Positions 47,493 through 58,054 are shown, numbered from the stretch's first letter. The stretch: 64,000 nt of DNA from a virus (IMGVR_UViG_3300027833_003138:76315-140314), one strand, 5' to 3'. Notes: generated by a model from the letters alone, not told the origin. Numbers and translations: made by a program.

Positions 47493-47789
47493 ATGAAATT
47501 TATAGATTTAAGTGATGATAGATACTTTTTAATAAAGTGTTCTGACTGGTCGGTGATTCTATCCGCCGAAGATGAGGTCGAAGCCTGCACCGTAGCCTTA
47601 ACGGGAATGCTGGAAAAAAGGGGTAAGCAGTTAAAACTCTCATCAGTAATGATATCCAACGAACTAAAGCATGATGTCATGGATGAAGACTATGATGAGC
47701 TAGTAGCTTACCACTCTGTATCAAGAATGCTCGCCAATGCAGGAATGCACGAGCTTTCATCTAATATGAAAAGTATATTTGGAGCATAA
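47493..47789 (+). CDS. Hypothetical protein
   Basis: 98 aa; first gene after the promoter. Confidence 0.65.
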   Translation: MKFIDLSDDRYFLIKCSDWSVILSAEDEVEACTVALTGMLEKRGKQLKLSSVMISNELKHDVMDEDYDELVAYHSVSRMLANAGMHELSSNMKSIFGA

Positions 47790-47794
47790 AAAAT

Positions 47795-48343
47795 ATGAAG
47801 ATAATAGGAATATCGGGGCTGGCGAGGTCGGGAAAAGATTCATTTTATGAATTTTGTAAACCATTACTGGATCAGGAAGGAATAGGGCACAGGAGAATGG
47901 CATTCGCGGACGAACTGAAAGAAGAGGCAGATACTATCTTGAGTAAATACGTAGGCATATCAGCATTTACTGAAGATACCGAAGAAAAGAAGATTATACG
48001 CCCGCTTCTAGTTACCTACGGCACACACATAAGAAGAAAGATGAACCCAGATTGCTGGATAGAGAAAGTGAGAGGCAAAATGAGGCGCCTTGAAAAAAGC
48101 GAAGAAATTGTCTTCATAACGGACGTTAGATTCAAGAACGAAATAGAATGGGTGCACAAAGAAGGGGGGTCTTCGATACATGTATCTAGGTCCGGCATAG
48201 TCCCCCCAAACGAAGATGAAAAACAGAACGATCCCATCCTAAGAAAAGAATCTAATTTCAGAATAAAATGGAATAACTTTGACACAGAAGATATGATCAA
48301 GATAAACAACGAGGTAAATGAAATACTAAAATCTATACTATGA
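47795..48343 (+). CDS. Deoxynucleoside monophosphate kinase
   Basis: IIGISGLARSGKD, AFADELK, RPLL..YG, ITDVRFKNE. Confidence 0.85.
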   Translation: MKIIGISGLARSGKDSFYEFCKPLLDQEGIGHRRMAFADELKEEADTILSKYVGISAFTEDTEEKKIIRPLLVTYGTHIRRKMNPDCWIEKVRGKMRRLEKSEEIVFITDVRFKNEIEWVHKEGGSSIHVSRSGIVPPNEDEKQNDPILRKESNFRIKWNNFDTEDMIKINNEVNEILKSIL

Positions 48344-48942
48344 ATAATTTATCTGATTTAGAAATAATAAACGAAATCAAGGAAGATAAGAACGTTGAGG
48401 AGAATTTGCAAAATTTAGTCGAAAGACATAGCGGTATTTATCTAGACATGGTTAATGCCTACTCATCAAACGGCAACCCCTACATAGACAGGTCTGAGCT
48501 GGTAAAAGACAAGGAGTACAAGATATACCTAGCGGCGCTTAATTTTGACGAAAGTAGAGGTGCTAAATTCAGCACTTACCTAGGGAACGAAACTAAATGG
48601 TCTTGCCTAAACACTTACAATAAAAACAAAAGAAAGCCGGTATTCAACTCTGAATATATAGAAAATATGCCCGAAAACCCAAATTTTAACGAAGAGAATA
48701 TGGCTGAATCACTAAAGAGAGACATGTTTGATAAAGTTTTATCAATCATCAAGCATCACCCCGACAAAAGAGTTGAAAAAATATTTAAAATGAGATATAT
48801 TATAGGAACAAAAAACAAAGTTATGGCATGGAAAGACATAGGAAACAAAATGAAATTAAGTATACAAGGCTGCATAAACATTCACAACTCAGCGGTTGTT
48901 CACGTCCAAGAAGAATTGAAAGGGGAGTTAAGTTTTGAATAA
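48340..48942 (+). CDS. Phage sigma70-family sigma factor
   Basis: Region 2 AALNFDESRGAKFSTYL; region 4 IFKMRY...WKDIGNKMKLS. Confidence 0.8.
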   Translation: MNNLSDLEIINEIKEDKNVEENLQNLVERHSGIYLDMVNAYSSNGNPYIDRSELVKDKEYKIYLAALNFDESRGAKFSTYLGNETKWSCLNTYNKNKRKPVFNSEYIENMPENPNFNEENMAESLKRDMFDKVLSIIKHHPDKRVEKIFKMRYIIGTKNKVMAWKDIGNKMKLSIQGCINIHNSAVVHVQEELKGELSFE

Positions 48943-49315
48943 GTTCATAGGGCTAGGCAATCTAACGAAAGATCCAGAGCTTAAAGAGATTAAATCAGGA
49001 AAGTCGGTTTGTGTATTTAGCATAGCCATAAATAATAAAGTTAACGACTCTGTTACATTTGTTGATGTAGAGACATGGAATAAGTCTGCAGAAAATTGCG
49101 CAAGGTTCCTCAGTAAGGGAAGGAAGGTTCTAGTAGAAGGGAGGCTTCAATTAAACACCTGGAACTCCAAGAGTGGAGAGACTAGAAGTAAGTTGTTTTG
49201 TATAGCCGACCTAGTAACCTTCTTGGATAAATCTAGCGAGAATCAAGAATCAAGCAACAACCAACAGCAATCCGCACCAATCGAAGAAGATGAATTTGCG
49301 GACATTCCATTCTGA
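48935..49315 (+). CDS. ssb: Single-stranded DNA-binding protein
   Basis: GNLTKDPEL, FSIAIN, AENCARFLSKGRKVLVEGRL, C-terminal DIPF. Confidence 0.95.
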   Translation: MNKFIGLGNLTKDPELKEIKSGKSVCVFSIAINNKVNDSVTFVDVETWNKSAENCARFLSKGRKVLVEGRLQLNTWNSKSGETRSKLFCIADLVTFLDKSSENQESSNNQQQSAPIEEDEFADIPF

Positions 49316-50370
49316 TGAACAAATTAATATTCAAAGCCCCGCTAAACTCTTTGTCCTTCGGCAACGTTTCCTTTAACATACTTAAGGAAATTTTCAAAAA
49401 AGGTATAGACTTGGCTCTATTTCCTATTGGCAAGGTTGATATTAACTCGTTTGGGGAACAGAGCGAGGAATTCAAAAACTGGCTAGAAGACTCCATAAAC
49501 AACAGGTTTACAAAATTAAACAAAGACACAACAACATTGCAAATGTGGCATCTAAACGGCTCTGAAAACAGGATAAGTAGAAAACAAATACTTTACACCT
49601 TTTTTGAGCTCGATAAACCTACAGGCAGTGAGATTAATCTTGGATCTATGCAGGATAAGCTTGTGTTTAGTAGCTCTTATGCTTCGGATAAATTCCCGGG
49701 CAGCAGCTTTGCGCCGCTAGGTTTTGATGAAACGTTTTTCAAAACAGACAAGCCCTACATGGGAAACAAGATTCACTTTGGATTAATGGGAAAGTTTGAA
49801 AAAAGAAAACACACAGCCAAGTTAATAAAAGCCTGGATAAAGAAATACGGAAACAACTACAACTACCAACTAACATGTTGCGTAACCAACCCGTTTTTCA
49901 AAAAAGAGCAGATGGAATCTATCTTGAGAGAAACGCTGGGAGGAAAGGCCTATGGAAATATAAACTTCCTTCCGTTCCTACCGCAAAACGCACAGGTAAA
50001 TGACTTCTTGAACTCTATAGATATTGATATAGGAGGAATGAGCGGAGCGGAGGGCTGGAACCTTCCTTCTTTTAACGCATCCTGTTTGGGCAAGTGGAGT
50101 ATCGTACTTAACTCAACGAGCCATAAAGATTGGGCGACCAAAGAAAACTGCATATTAGTAGAGCCAGACGGAAAAGAAGAAATATACGACAACATGTTCT
50201 TCCATAAAGGGGCTGCGTTTAACCAGGGAAGCATGTATACCTTTGATGAAGAAGAGTTTGTATCCGCAATGGAAAAGGCTGAATCAATTTGCAGAAACGA
50301 GAACAATGAAGGTATCAAACTTAGGAACAAATTCACATACAAGAACACACTAGAAAGGATACTAGAATAA
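49315..50370 (+). CDS. GT4-like glycosyltransferase
   Basis: SFG, PLGFD, GKFEKRK, AEGWNLPSF. Confidence 0.75.
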   Translation: MNKLIFKAPLNSLSFGNVSFNILKEIFKKGIDLALFPIGKVDINSFGEQSEEFKNWLEDSINNRFTKLNKDTTTLQMWHLNGSENRISRKQILYTFFELDKPTGSEINLGSMQDKLVFSSSYASDKFPGSSFAPLGFDETFFKTDKPYMGNKIHFGLMGKFEKRKHTAKLIKAWIKKYGNNYNYQLTCCVTNPFFKKEQMESILRETLGGKAYGNINFLPFLPQNAQVNDFLNSIDIDIGGMSGAEGWNLPSFNASCLGKWSIVLNSTSHKDWATKENCILVEPDGKEEIYDNMFFHKGAAFNQGSMYTFDEEEFVSAMEKAESICRNENNEGIKLRNKFTYKNTLERILE

Positions 50371-50714
50371 TGCCTCTATATACATACGAGCACCCAGAAA
50401 ACGGAAAAACTGTCGACTTAATACAATCAATGAACGATAAGCATATTTATGTAGATGACTCTGGATTAAAATGGAACAGGGTCTTCCATTCCCCTCAAAC
50501 ATCAATAGATGCAGAGATTGACCCGTTCGACAAACAGGCATTTAAGGATAAGACCAATAACAAAAAAGGTACCTACGGAGATTTTCTAGATAAGAGTAAG
50601 GAATTAAGTCAAAAAAGAAAAGATAAGTGCGGTTACGACCCAATACAAAAAAAATTCTTTAAAGAATATAGCTCAAAAAGAAGGGGAGTCAAACATCCTC
50701 TAGATAGAGACTAA
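50370..50714 (+). CDS. FmdB-like small protein
   Basis: MPLYTYEHPENGK...QSM N-terminus, lacking the usual cysteines. Confidence 0.5.
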   Translation: MPLYTYEHPENGKTVDLIQSMNDKHIYVDDSGLKWNRVFHSPQTSIDAEIDPFDKQAFKDKTNNKKGTYGDFLDKSKELSQKRKDKCGYDPIQKKFFKEYSSKRRGVKHPLDRD

Positions 50715-50721
50715 AATTTCG

Positions 50722-50726
50722 GTGTA
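50722..50726 (+). promoter_or_regulatory. GTGTA motif
   Basis: GGTGTAATAA ending shortly before ATG 50739. Confidence 0.55.
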
Positions 50727-50738
50727 ATAACTTCTGGC

Positions 50739-52364
50739 ATGAAGAACCCAGAAGATTTTAAAAATAATCCGTTATATACTGATATAACGAAACTTGATCA
50801 TTTATCACCGTCCCCTTCTTTTAATTATAGCTGGAGCCATGACTCGGGGCGATGGGAGCCCCAATCAGATATATTCAGCGGCTACATCGACTTAAGTGAT
50901 ACCCATAAGATATTACTTGGGATATCAGGAACCATACAAGGTTTTACTGGCGCCTTAAGCGATATAAATATTGGAGTAAACCTAGACCAAGACACAGAAG
51001 CCCACAGGCTGCTATCAGGAATATCTGGATCATTAGGAAATAATAATGATGGAGAAACCCACAGGTTACTATCAGGAATATCTGGATCATTAGGAAATAA
51101 TAATGATGGAGAAACCCACAGGTTACTATCAGGAATATCTGGATCATTAGGAAATAATAACGACGGAGAAACCCACAGGCTACTATCGGGAATATCTGGC
51201 GCTATAGGCAATAATAACGACTTAGAGACTCACAGGCTCCTATCTGGACTATCGGGAGAGCTTTCTAATATACATATCGGAGTAGATCTAGATCACGACA
51301 CAGAAACCCATAGGCTCTTATCTGGGATCTCGGGAGAGCTCTCTAACATTCACATCGGAGTAGATCTAGACCACGATACAGAAACTCATAAATTGCTATC
51401 GGGAATATCTTCGCAGTTGATAGATATAAAAAAAGGCGTAGACCTAGACTCAGACTCGGAAACCCATACTCTATTAAGCGCTGTAATAGCTAAGCTAGAT
51501 AATGTCGGCGGAAGCCTCTCGCTCTGCGAGGGAACAAGAAGGCTCTACCAACCCTGGAAATTAAGAACGAAGACCGTTAAGCAGAAAATAGAAGAGGACT
51601 TTATATTAATGGAAAATATATCTAATGAAGATAGATACGGTTATTCCACAGGCGTTACCTACGGATCCGACAGGAGCTTATTTGATGACATATATGGGAC
51701 TTACTTTGATAATGGGAGAATGAACGCTAATACCCCCGAAGAAAAACACCCAAACCATTTTATACATGCAGAATACACGGACCCCAATAGAGGGATAGAT
51801 AAAAGCGAATCCTTTCACACAGATACTTTATTTTCAATAAGGCAGGAAAATGTCTCAGCCAGTCTTATAAATTCCTATGAATTAGAAGACTTTAATGAAA
51901 TATACAAAAGAGGACACGTAGATAATGTTACGATTTTCAATCACTCTGTCTACCCAATTCAGTTTCATACAGCGGAAAGAAGACTGGACGACAGAGAACC
52001 TGTTTCACCCAAAACGGAAGATTTAATATTCCTGGATACCGATATGGCTGTAAAAATAAGCAATGATGAAGCTGGTAGGATTTTCGTCAAGAGGCCTCAC
52101 ACTATATCTGGATTCTCTGTTACTTATTCGATAACTTATAAGGAAACAGGAAGGTATGATGTCATACCCTCTAATAACTTCAACTCGTGGAAGATAGAAT
52201 CAGATAAAATCTCAGCCCTACCTTCTGGAGAACTACCGGAAGATCCAAACTCAGAGTTCAGTGCCTGGGAGCTAAAAGGAGAATATATTATACCTAAAAC
52301 CCCTTTAGATAACACAAAATATAGCCTTTGGCATGTAGACGGTGATCACATAGTAGCTAAATAA
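50739..52364 (+). CDS. Repeat-containing putative virion protein
   Basis: ETHRLLSGISG repeats; preceded by GTGTA. Confidence 0.55.
   Translation: MKNPEDFKNNPLYTDITKLDHLSPSPSFNYSWSHDSGRWEPQSDIFSGYIDLSDTHKILLGISGTIQGFTGALSDINIGVNLDQDTEAHRLLSGISGSLGNNNDGETHRLLSGISGSLGNNNDGETHRLLSGISGSLGNNNDGETHRLLSGISGAIGNNNDLETHRLLSGLSGELSNIHIGVDLDHDTETHRLLSGISGELSNIHIGVDLDHDTETHKLLSGISSQLIDIKKGVDLDSDSETHTLLSAVIAKLDNVGGSLSLCEGTRRLYQPWKLRTKTVKQKIEEDFILMENISNEDRYGYSTGVTYGSDRSLFDDIYGTYFDNGRMNANTPEEKHPNHFIHAEYTDPNRGIDKSESFHTDTLFSIRQENVSASLINSYELEDFNEIYKRGHVDNVTIFNHSVYPIQFHTAERRLDDREPVSPKTEDLIFLDTDMAVKISNDEAGRIFVKRPHTISGFSVTYSITYKETGRYDVIPSNNFNSWKIESDKISALPSGELPEDPNSEFSAWELKGEYIIPKTPLDNTKYSLWHVDGDHIVAK
50990..51480 (+). 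repeat. Coding tandem repeats: 57-bp (19 aa) units, then 78-bp (26 aa) units
   Basis: GAAACCCACAGGTTACTATCAGGAATATCTGGATCATTAGGAAATAATAATGATGGA repeated, followed by ETHRLLSG.SGELSNIHIGVDLDHDT units. Confidence 0.9.
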
Positions 52365-53554
52365 TGGACTTCTTCGAGATAAGTCAGTCTATCCGAAAGG
52401 TCGGTAAAGATAAATATGTTATAGGGAAACAATCATCAAACCCCTTAGTGTTAGTAGATGGAAAATCCTTAGAAACTGATATTGGTATATTTAAAAATAT
52501 TTTTGCAGATAAGTCAGAAGTAAAAGATGAACATGTAGAGCTTTCCAATATAGATAACCTAATCTTAAAAACAGGAATCTTTAACAATCTATCTGGAGCA
52601 GAATTAACTTCGATAAAATCTAACCTAGGCGAAAGCTATATAAATAATCTATACCTAAAGACAGGGTCTTTTGATAGTTTATCAGGAGAAGTATTTAGAT
52701 CTTCCTCAGGCTTTACCAAAAACTCCTTTATAGACAATCTGGCATTACAGACCGGAACCTTTCAAGATATATCGGGAGAAGTATTTAGATCTTCCACAGG
52801 CTTTACCAAAAACTCCTTTATAGACAATCTGGCATTACAGACCGGAACCTTTCAAGATATATCAGGAGAAGTATTTTACTCTGAAAAAGGTTCTAGTAAA
52901 GCGTTTTACGTAAGCGGAATTAATATCGCCGAGTCAATAATTAAGGTTAGCGGGGATTCAATATCTGCAGATCTACAGCTCCACGAACATATAAATTCCT
53001 TAAGCGGTGACCTAGAGGCAACAGGATCACACCTTCACGAACACATAGATTTCTTGAGTGGCAACCTAGAGGCAACAGGATCACGCCTTCACGAACATAT
53101 AAATTCCTTAAGCGGTGACCTAGAGGCAACAGGATCACACCTTCACGAACACATAGATTTCTTGAGTGGCAGCCTAGAGGCAACAGGGTTACATCTCCAC
53201 GAACATATAGATTCCTTGCGCGGTGACCTAGAGGCAACAGGATCACACCTTCACGAACATATAAATTCCTTAAGCGGTGACCTAAAAGCTACAGGCGCCT
53301 ACTTAAGCTCTATATTAGATAATCTAGATCAAAGCTCCGGACAGCAAATCATATCCGGAAATTATGCAGAAAACAGGTTTAAGCTAGAAGAAGCTTTCGA
53401 AGAAGACGAAATGGGAGATATAGTCCCAACGAACCATCCCTTCATCTCGGACCCCATGTGGATATTAAAAGAAGATGGCGACCTTGAGTTAAGAGCTAAT
53501 GTGTGGAGATATGACACAGGCCCAAAAGCGTTCACTAAAGATATATCTTTTTAA
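52364..53554 (+). CDS. Repeat-containing putative fibre / coiled-coil virion protein
   Basis: 30-aa and 18-aa tandem repeats. Confidence 0.55.
   Translation: MDFFEISQSIRKVGKDKYVIGKQSSNPLVLVDGKSLETDIGIFKNIFADKSEVKDEHVELSNIDNLILKTGIFNNLSGAELTSIKSNLGESYINNLYLKTGSFDSLSGEVFRSSSGFTKNSFIDNLALQTGTFQDISGEVFRSSTGFTKNSFIDNLALQTGTFQDISGEVFYSEKGSSKAFYVSGINIAESIIKVSGDSISADLQLHEHINSLSGDLEATGSHLHEHIDFLSGNLEATGSRLHEHINSLSGDLEATGSHLHEHIDFLSGSLEATGLHLHEHIDSLRGDLEATGSHLHEHINSLSGDLKATGAYLSSILDNLDQSSGQQIISGNYAENRFKLEEAFEEDEMGDIVPTNHPFISDPMWILKEDGDLELRANVWRYDTGPKAFTKDISF
52681..52876 (+). repeat. 90-bp coding tandem repeat
   Basis: SGEVFRSS.GFTKNSFIDNLALQTGTFQDI twice, nearly identical at DNA level. Confidence 0.9.
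52979..53302 (+). repeat. 54-bp coding tandem repeat, 6 copies
   Basis: LHEHINSLSGDLEATGSH and variants. Confidence 0.9.
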
Positions 53555-53562
53555 CAATAATT

Positions 53563-53567
53563 GTGTA
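53563..53567 (+). promoter_or_regulatory. GTGTA motif
   Basis: TGTGTAATATAAATA-ATG (53577). Confidence 0.55.
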
Positions 53568-53576
53568 ATATAAATA

Positions 53577-56162
53577 ATGGCCACAAGGAATTTAGTACCA
53601 AGAAATAGCGGCGAAGGCGGAGTAGGCAGGTTAGATAAGGCCTGGGCAACCGGCGTGTTTGACAATCTATACTTTGGAGGTCTACTAGTATCAATGGACC
53701 AAAACGTAAGAACCTCAGATGATGTAGAATTCAATAGTGGCAATTTTTTAAGCGGTTTAACACTTGATGGGGTTGACGTTTCAAAACTTGGAACCTCACT
53801 ACAGCAGACAATATCGGGGTCGGCAGAATTTCTATTTATTTCGGACGTCTCTGATAACGACGGAGTTACAGATAAAATTTTCTACGAAGGCGTTAACCCA
53901 AATTTACAATTATCAGGAATTACAGTGGCTTCGGCTAAAAATTTAAAAGTAGAATTGAGGTGGGACGGGCCAAACGATGAATACATGGGCGACGCCCATA
54001 TAAACGGTCAGCAAATACCTCTATCCAATATTGAAGAATTAGGAGAGCACACGAGAAGGTTTAAGGGCTACCTAGACAACCTTAATGCAGAAGGTTTGAA
54101 TTTCATAACTGGTGAAGCTAATGACAGGAAAACCCTAATATCATTAAATGAACTAGGTGCAGGGCCAGAGGCAATCAATCTTTCTATCGACTCAATTCAG
54201 AATGCAACCCCCAAAGCGGGAGAACTTCTGGGATCCACGCATTTAAAACAGGGAGACGAAATTAATATTTACGCTGATTTCAACACAAGCGACGTATCTT
54301 CAATAAAAATTTTAAATTCCGGTTTATCTCAAGGCTCTAACTTCTCTAATTACAACCTTGTGAACCACGGCGGCTTCTACAGGGCAACTATACCAACAAT
54401 CGTTTCAAGCAGAGTTGGCGCCCACGGAGTTGCGGTTCAAGCTGTTAATAGCTTTGGATCAACAGGGGACGCGATTAGATCTGATTCTTTTTCTAACAAT
54501 AGCGGAACAAGAGACTTAGATCAGACTTATCCGAATATCTCCTCATCTGACCCAACCTCCTATAATGGAAGATCAGATGGATTAAGAGAGAGCGAAAGCG
54601 TATCATTTTATAATAATATAAGCAACTGGAACAGCTCGATAGATTTTATGGAATACGAAACTCTTTCTAATGATATTTCTATTTCCAACTTAAACACCTT
54701 CGAGCAAAATAAAACAGTCTCCTACTTAAACGGTATATATAATAATTCAGATAATGTAAAAATTTACGCATATAGAACAGGAAACGGCGCAACAGATGAA
54801 GATTTTGTGAAAGTAAAAATTGCCAATGGTCCAGTGATAACCGGCTCAGAACTAAGCGAACAAGCCTCTTCTGCAACCTCCCCAAATCAAATAGGAACGT
54901 CAGAAGTTAAAGCTGGAGACGTAGTTGATTCAAAAATATTTATCGACGGAAACGGGGTTTCAATAAATGATATATCAATATCTGTACTAAGCCAAGGTCT
55001 ATCGAATGGATCTCAAACATCGTACTCATCCTCATACTCAAAAAGTACCCTAGCTGATGGCAGTTTTCAATTTTTAGTGCCAATTGATGTTTATGGGGCG
55101 CTAGGGAATTCATCTAGAGATGGAGAACAATCTGTAACATTTAAGGCCAGGAATAACTTTGGTACAATTAGCGATACAGCAACAACAACGGGTGCTGCCG
55201 AAATTAATAATGGAACGATACCGGTTATATCAATAAACTCTATAACGTATCCAGCCTCACAGCAAGCCATTAAATCAAGTGAGTCTACCTCGATAAGCAA
55301 TAATGTAACAAATTTTGACTCCATAACTTACTCTTCCCCTAATAGCCAATTAAGTATATCAAACACATCCACATACGAACAAAATAAAAATGCGGATTAT
55401 TTAGCTGGGGGTTATAATGTAGAAGGGGACGGCGGAGTTAATAATTTAAAAATCAGCGCAACAAAATCATCCAACGGAGCCACGACAGAATCTTTCAAAA
55501 TAGTAAATATTGCAAATTCACCCCTTACCTTATCTATAAACAATTTAGCAGCATCTTTATCTAGCTCACCTAATGGAGTATCTGACCAGTTTTATATGTC
55601 AAGCTCTCAATTAATGCTATCAAACCCAACATTATCCACGGACCCTAACCAAATAAACCCCTCGAGCCTAAATCAAAATTCATCAGGTACAGGCAAAAAT
55701 AGTAATTCCTATACGATAACAGTATCTGATTTAGATACAAAAGGCACCTTCAATTGGCAAGTTTCTGCAACAAACCTTGCTAATATAACAACAACATCAA
55801 TATCATCAAACCCAACTTATAAATTAGCCGGCTTTTCTTCTAGAACTATCTCCGCTTCGCCAAACAGTCTTGGGGCTGGGCTAGCAGATATAGGAACAAC
55901 AGTCTCAAACCCAAATAACCTTATATTTGAAAATATATCCGAAGGCGGGTCCGCACCAAACGGAGGCACCGCCTATACATACCAGTCCTACTCGGACGGG
56001 GTACAATTAAACAATACCTACGATTTAAATAATAAATTCGCAGTGTGCAATTCAAGCGGGGTAACTGACTCGGACGGAAATTATGTTTTTAATTTGGATA
56101 AATTAAATAGATCCGCTAACACATCCACATTAAATCCCGCTAGTTTCGTAATTTCTGAATAA
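53577..56162 (+). CDS. Ser/Asn-rich putative virion structural protein
   Basis: N-terminal MATRNLVPRNSGEGGVG; internal duplication (..YE.NK.V.YL.G.YN, twice); Ig-like beta composition. Confidence 0.55.
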   Translation: MATRNLVPRNSGEGGVGRLDKAWATGVFDNLYFGGLLVSMDQNVRTSDDVEFNSGNFLSGLTLDGVDVSKLGTSLQQTISGSAEFLFISDVSDNDGVTDKIFYEGVNPNLQLSGITVASAKNLKVELRWDGPNDEYMGDAHINGQQIPLSNIEELGEHTRRFKGYLDNLNAEGLNFITGEANDRKTLISLNELGAGPEAINLSIDSIQNATPKAGELLGSTHLKQGDEINIYADFNTSDVSSIKILNSGLSQGSNFSNYNLVNHGGFYRATIPTIVSSRVGAHGVAVQAVNSFGSTGDAIRSDSFSNNSGTRDLDQTYPNISSSDPTSYNGRSDGLRESESVSFYNNISNWNSSIDFMEYETLSNDISISNLNTFEQNKTVSYLNGIYNNSDNVKIYAYRTGNGATDEDFVKVKIANGPVITGSELSEQASSATSPNQIGTSEVKAGDVVDSKIFIDGNGVSINDISISVLSQGLSNGSQTSYSSSYSKSTLADGSFQFLVPIDVYGALGNSSRDGEQSVTFKARNNFGTISDTATTTGAAEINNGTIPVISINSITYPASQQAIKSSESTSISNNVTNFDSITYSSPNSQLSISNTSTYEQNKNADYLAGGYNVEGDGGVNNLKISATKSSNGATTESFKIVNIANSPLTLSINNLAASLSSSPNGVSDQFYMSSSQLMLSNPTLSTDPNQINPSSLNQNSSGTGKNSNSYTITVSDLDTKGTFNWQVSATNLANITTTSISSNPTYKLAGFSSRTISASPNSLGAGLADIGTTVSNPNNLIFENISEGGSAPNGGTAYTYQSYSDGVQLNNTYDLNNKFAVCNSSGVTDSDGNYVFNLDKLNRSANTSTLNPASFVISE

Positions 56163-56177
56163 ATATTGAAAATTGCT

Positions 56178-56182
56178 GTGTA
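56178..56182 (+). promoter_or_regulatory. GTGTA motif upstream of the second glycosyltransferase cluster
   Basis: TGTGTAATAAAATGCA-ATG (56193). Confidence 0.55.
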
Positions 56183-56192
56183 ATAAAATGCA

Positions 56193-57272
56193 ATGAATAT
56201 ATTGCTTACTGCTAATTATAAAAACGGGTTATTCAGCAACGGACTACAACAAAATATAGTTTTTCTTGCTGAACTATTTAAAGGCATTGGCTTTACTCCA
56301 ATTATTGCCATAAATCACAAAATAGAAGAATGCATTGATCCCCCAGCTGATATATTAATCATAGAAGAAAATGAATTATTAGAAAATTGTGAAGATATAT
56401 CTTTTATATTAAACTCCTCCTGGTTAATAAAGAATGACGCAATAAAATTAATAAAAGAAAAAAATAAAAATTTCAAAAACATACATATTGTTTATGGAAA
56501 TGGTCTTCTGGCAGACATAGAAAGATGCAGCTGGCAAGATCATTTAGCCATAAGTCCAGAAATGGTCGACGAAGTATGGATATCCCCTCATTACAAATTT
56601 TCATATAACTACTACAAAACATATTACAACACAGAAAGAGTATTTGAACTGCCTTATATCTGGAGCTCGAAATACATAGACATGCATGAAAAAATATGGA
56701 ACAAAATAAACAAGACCTGCTACTACCGTCCAGGCGAAGATAAAAATATCGGAATACTCGAGCCTAATTTAAACATAACAAAACACTGCCTACCATCGAT
56801 AATGATAGCTGAGGAATTTTACACAAAGGTCAGCAAGGAAGATTTTAACAAAATAACAGTTTATTGCTCGGCAAAATTTACTGATAAAAAATACTTCAAA
56901 TCCCTAATGTGGAACCTAGATGTAACAAAAGAAAATAAAATAGAATTTAAAGGAAGAATAAAAGTTTCTAAAATACTTACAGATATGTCTAATGTCATAA
57001 TCTCAAATCAACTATTGAACGCCTTAAATTATACTTATTTCGAAGCATTGCATTTTAATTTCCCCCTTGTTCACAACTCTGAGCTGATTAAAGAATCTGG
57101 ATACTACTACCCTAATTACGACACCAAGTTAGGGGCAGAGGCTCTAAACCTAGCCTTAAATTATCACGATCAAAATCTAGATAAATACAAAGAGCAAGCG
57201 CAAAAAACAATTTACAAATACTCACCAAATAATCCAATTGTTATAGAAAAATATAAAAAATTATTATCATGA
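56193..57272 (+). CDS. DUF2827-like (putative GT-B) protein
   Basis: FSNGLQQNIVFL, VWISPH, PYIWS, EPNLNITK, NALNYTYFEAL...PLVHNS, GYYYP. Confidence 0.7.
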   Translation: MNILLTANYKNGLFSNGLQQNIVFLAELFKGIGFTPIIAINHKIEECIDPPADILIIEENELLENCEDISFILNSSWLIKNDAIKLIKEKNKNFKNIHIVYGNGLLADIERCSWQDHLAISPEMVDEVWISPHYKFSYNYYKTYYNTERVFELPYIWSSKYIDMHEKIWNKINKTCYYRPGEDKNIGILEPNLNITKHCLPSIMIAEEFYTKVSKEDFNKITVYCSAKFTDKKYFKSLMWNLDVTKENKIEFKGRIKVSKILTDMSNVIISNQLLNALNYTYFEALHFNFPLVHNSELIKESGYYYPNYDTKLGAEALNLALNYHDQNLDKYKEQAQKTIYKYSPNNPIVIEKYKKLLS

Positions 57273-58054
57273 AAAAAATAGGAATTTGCCAACTATCCGA
57301 TTCAAAATATTATGAAAAACGCAAGAATTGCGTAAATTCAGTTATAGATTATTGCAACAGAAAAGGCTACGACTACCTGGGAAGCGCAGGAACTCTTGAT
57401 AAATCAACCCACCTTTGCTACCAAAAACCGCTAAAATTATTACATCATTTTAATGAATATGAATATTTAGGGTGGCTAGATATGGACACTACAATAGCTA
57501 ATAGAAATTTCGATTTATATAATTATCTAAAAAACTCAGAACAAGATATTTTACATGCAAAAGACTTAGGAGGACAAGCACTAAATAGTGGGGTTTTGTT
57601 TTTTAGAACAAATGATTTTTCACTACAAGTGTTAAATGAGTGGTGGGAATCTCGATACATAGGTGTAGACAAACCCTGGAGGCAAGGAGGTAACAATGAA
57701 GACCAAGGTAGGCTAGTAGATATTCTAAAAAAACATAGCAAACTCAACCCCGTAAACCCACATCACTTTAATATATACCCAACTCTATACAATCGTGGAG
57801 ACTTTTTAATACACTTTATGGGTCACCACCCTTTAGATTATGATCGTTTTGTTAGATTCGCGAATGAAGAAATCTCGTGCGACACAGAACTAGAGTATTA
57901 TTGGCTAGTGTTTTCGTGTCAAGTTTGGGGAGCATATCAAAGAAGCTACGAAGGTTATGACAAAGTAAACCATAGGCCTATTGAAATATATAAACAGGCA
58001 ATATCACTGATCGCAAATAATATAGACTTCTTACCATTGCGAAAACAAAAATAA
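57269..58054 (+). CDS. GT34 (GMA12/MNN10-like) glycosyltransferase
   Basis: YCNRKGY, WLDMDT, LNSGVLF, EDQG, FLIHFMG. Confidence 0.8.
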   Translation: MKKIGICQLSDSKYYEKRKNCVNSVIDYCNRKGYDYLGSAGTLDKSTHLCYQKPLKLLHHFNEYEYLGWLDMDTTIANRNFDLYNYLKNSEQDILHAKDLGGQALNSGVLFFRTNDFSLQVLNEWWESRYIGVDKPWRQGGNNEDQGRLVDILKKHSKLNPVNPHHFNIYPTLYNRGDFLIHFMGHHPLDYDRFVRFANEEISCDTELEYYWLVFSCQVWGAYQRSYEGYDKVNHRPIEIYKQAISLIANNIDFLPLRKQK

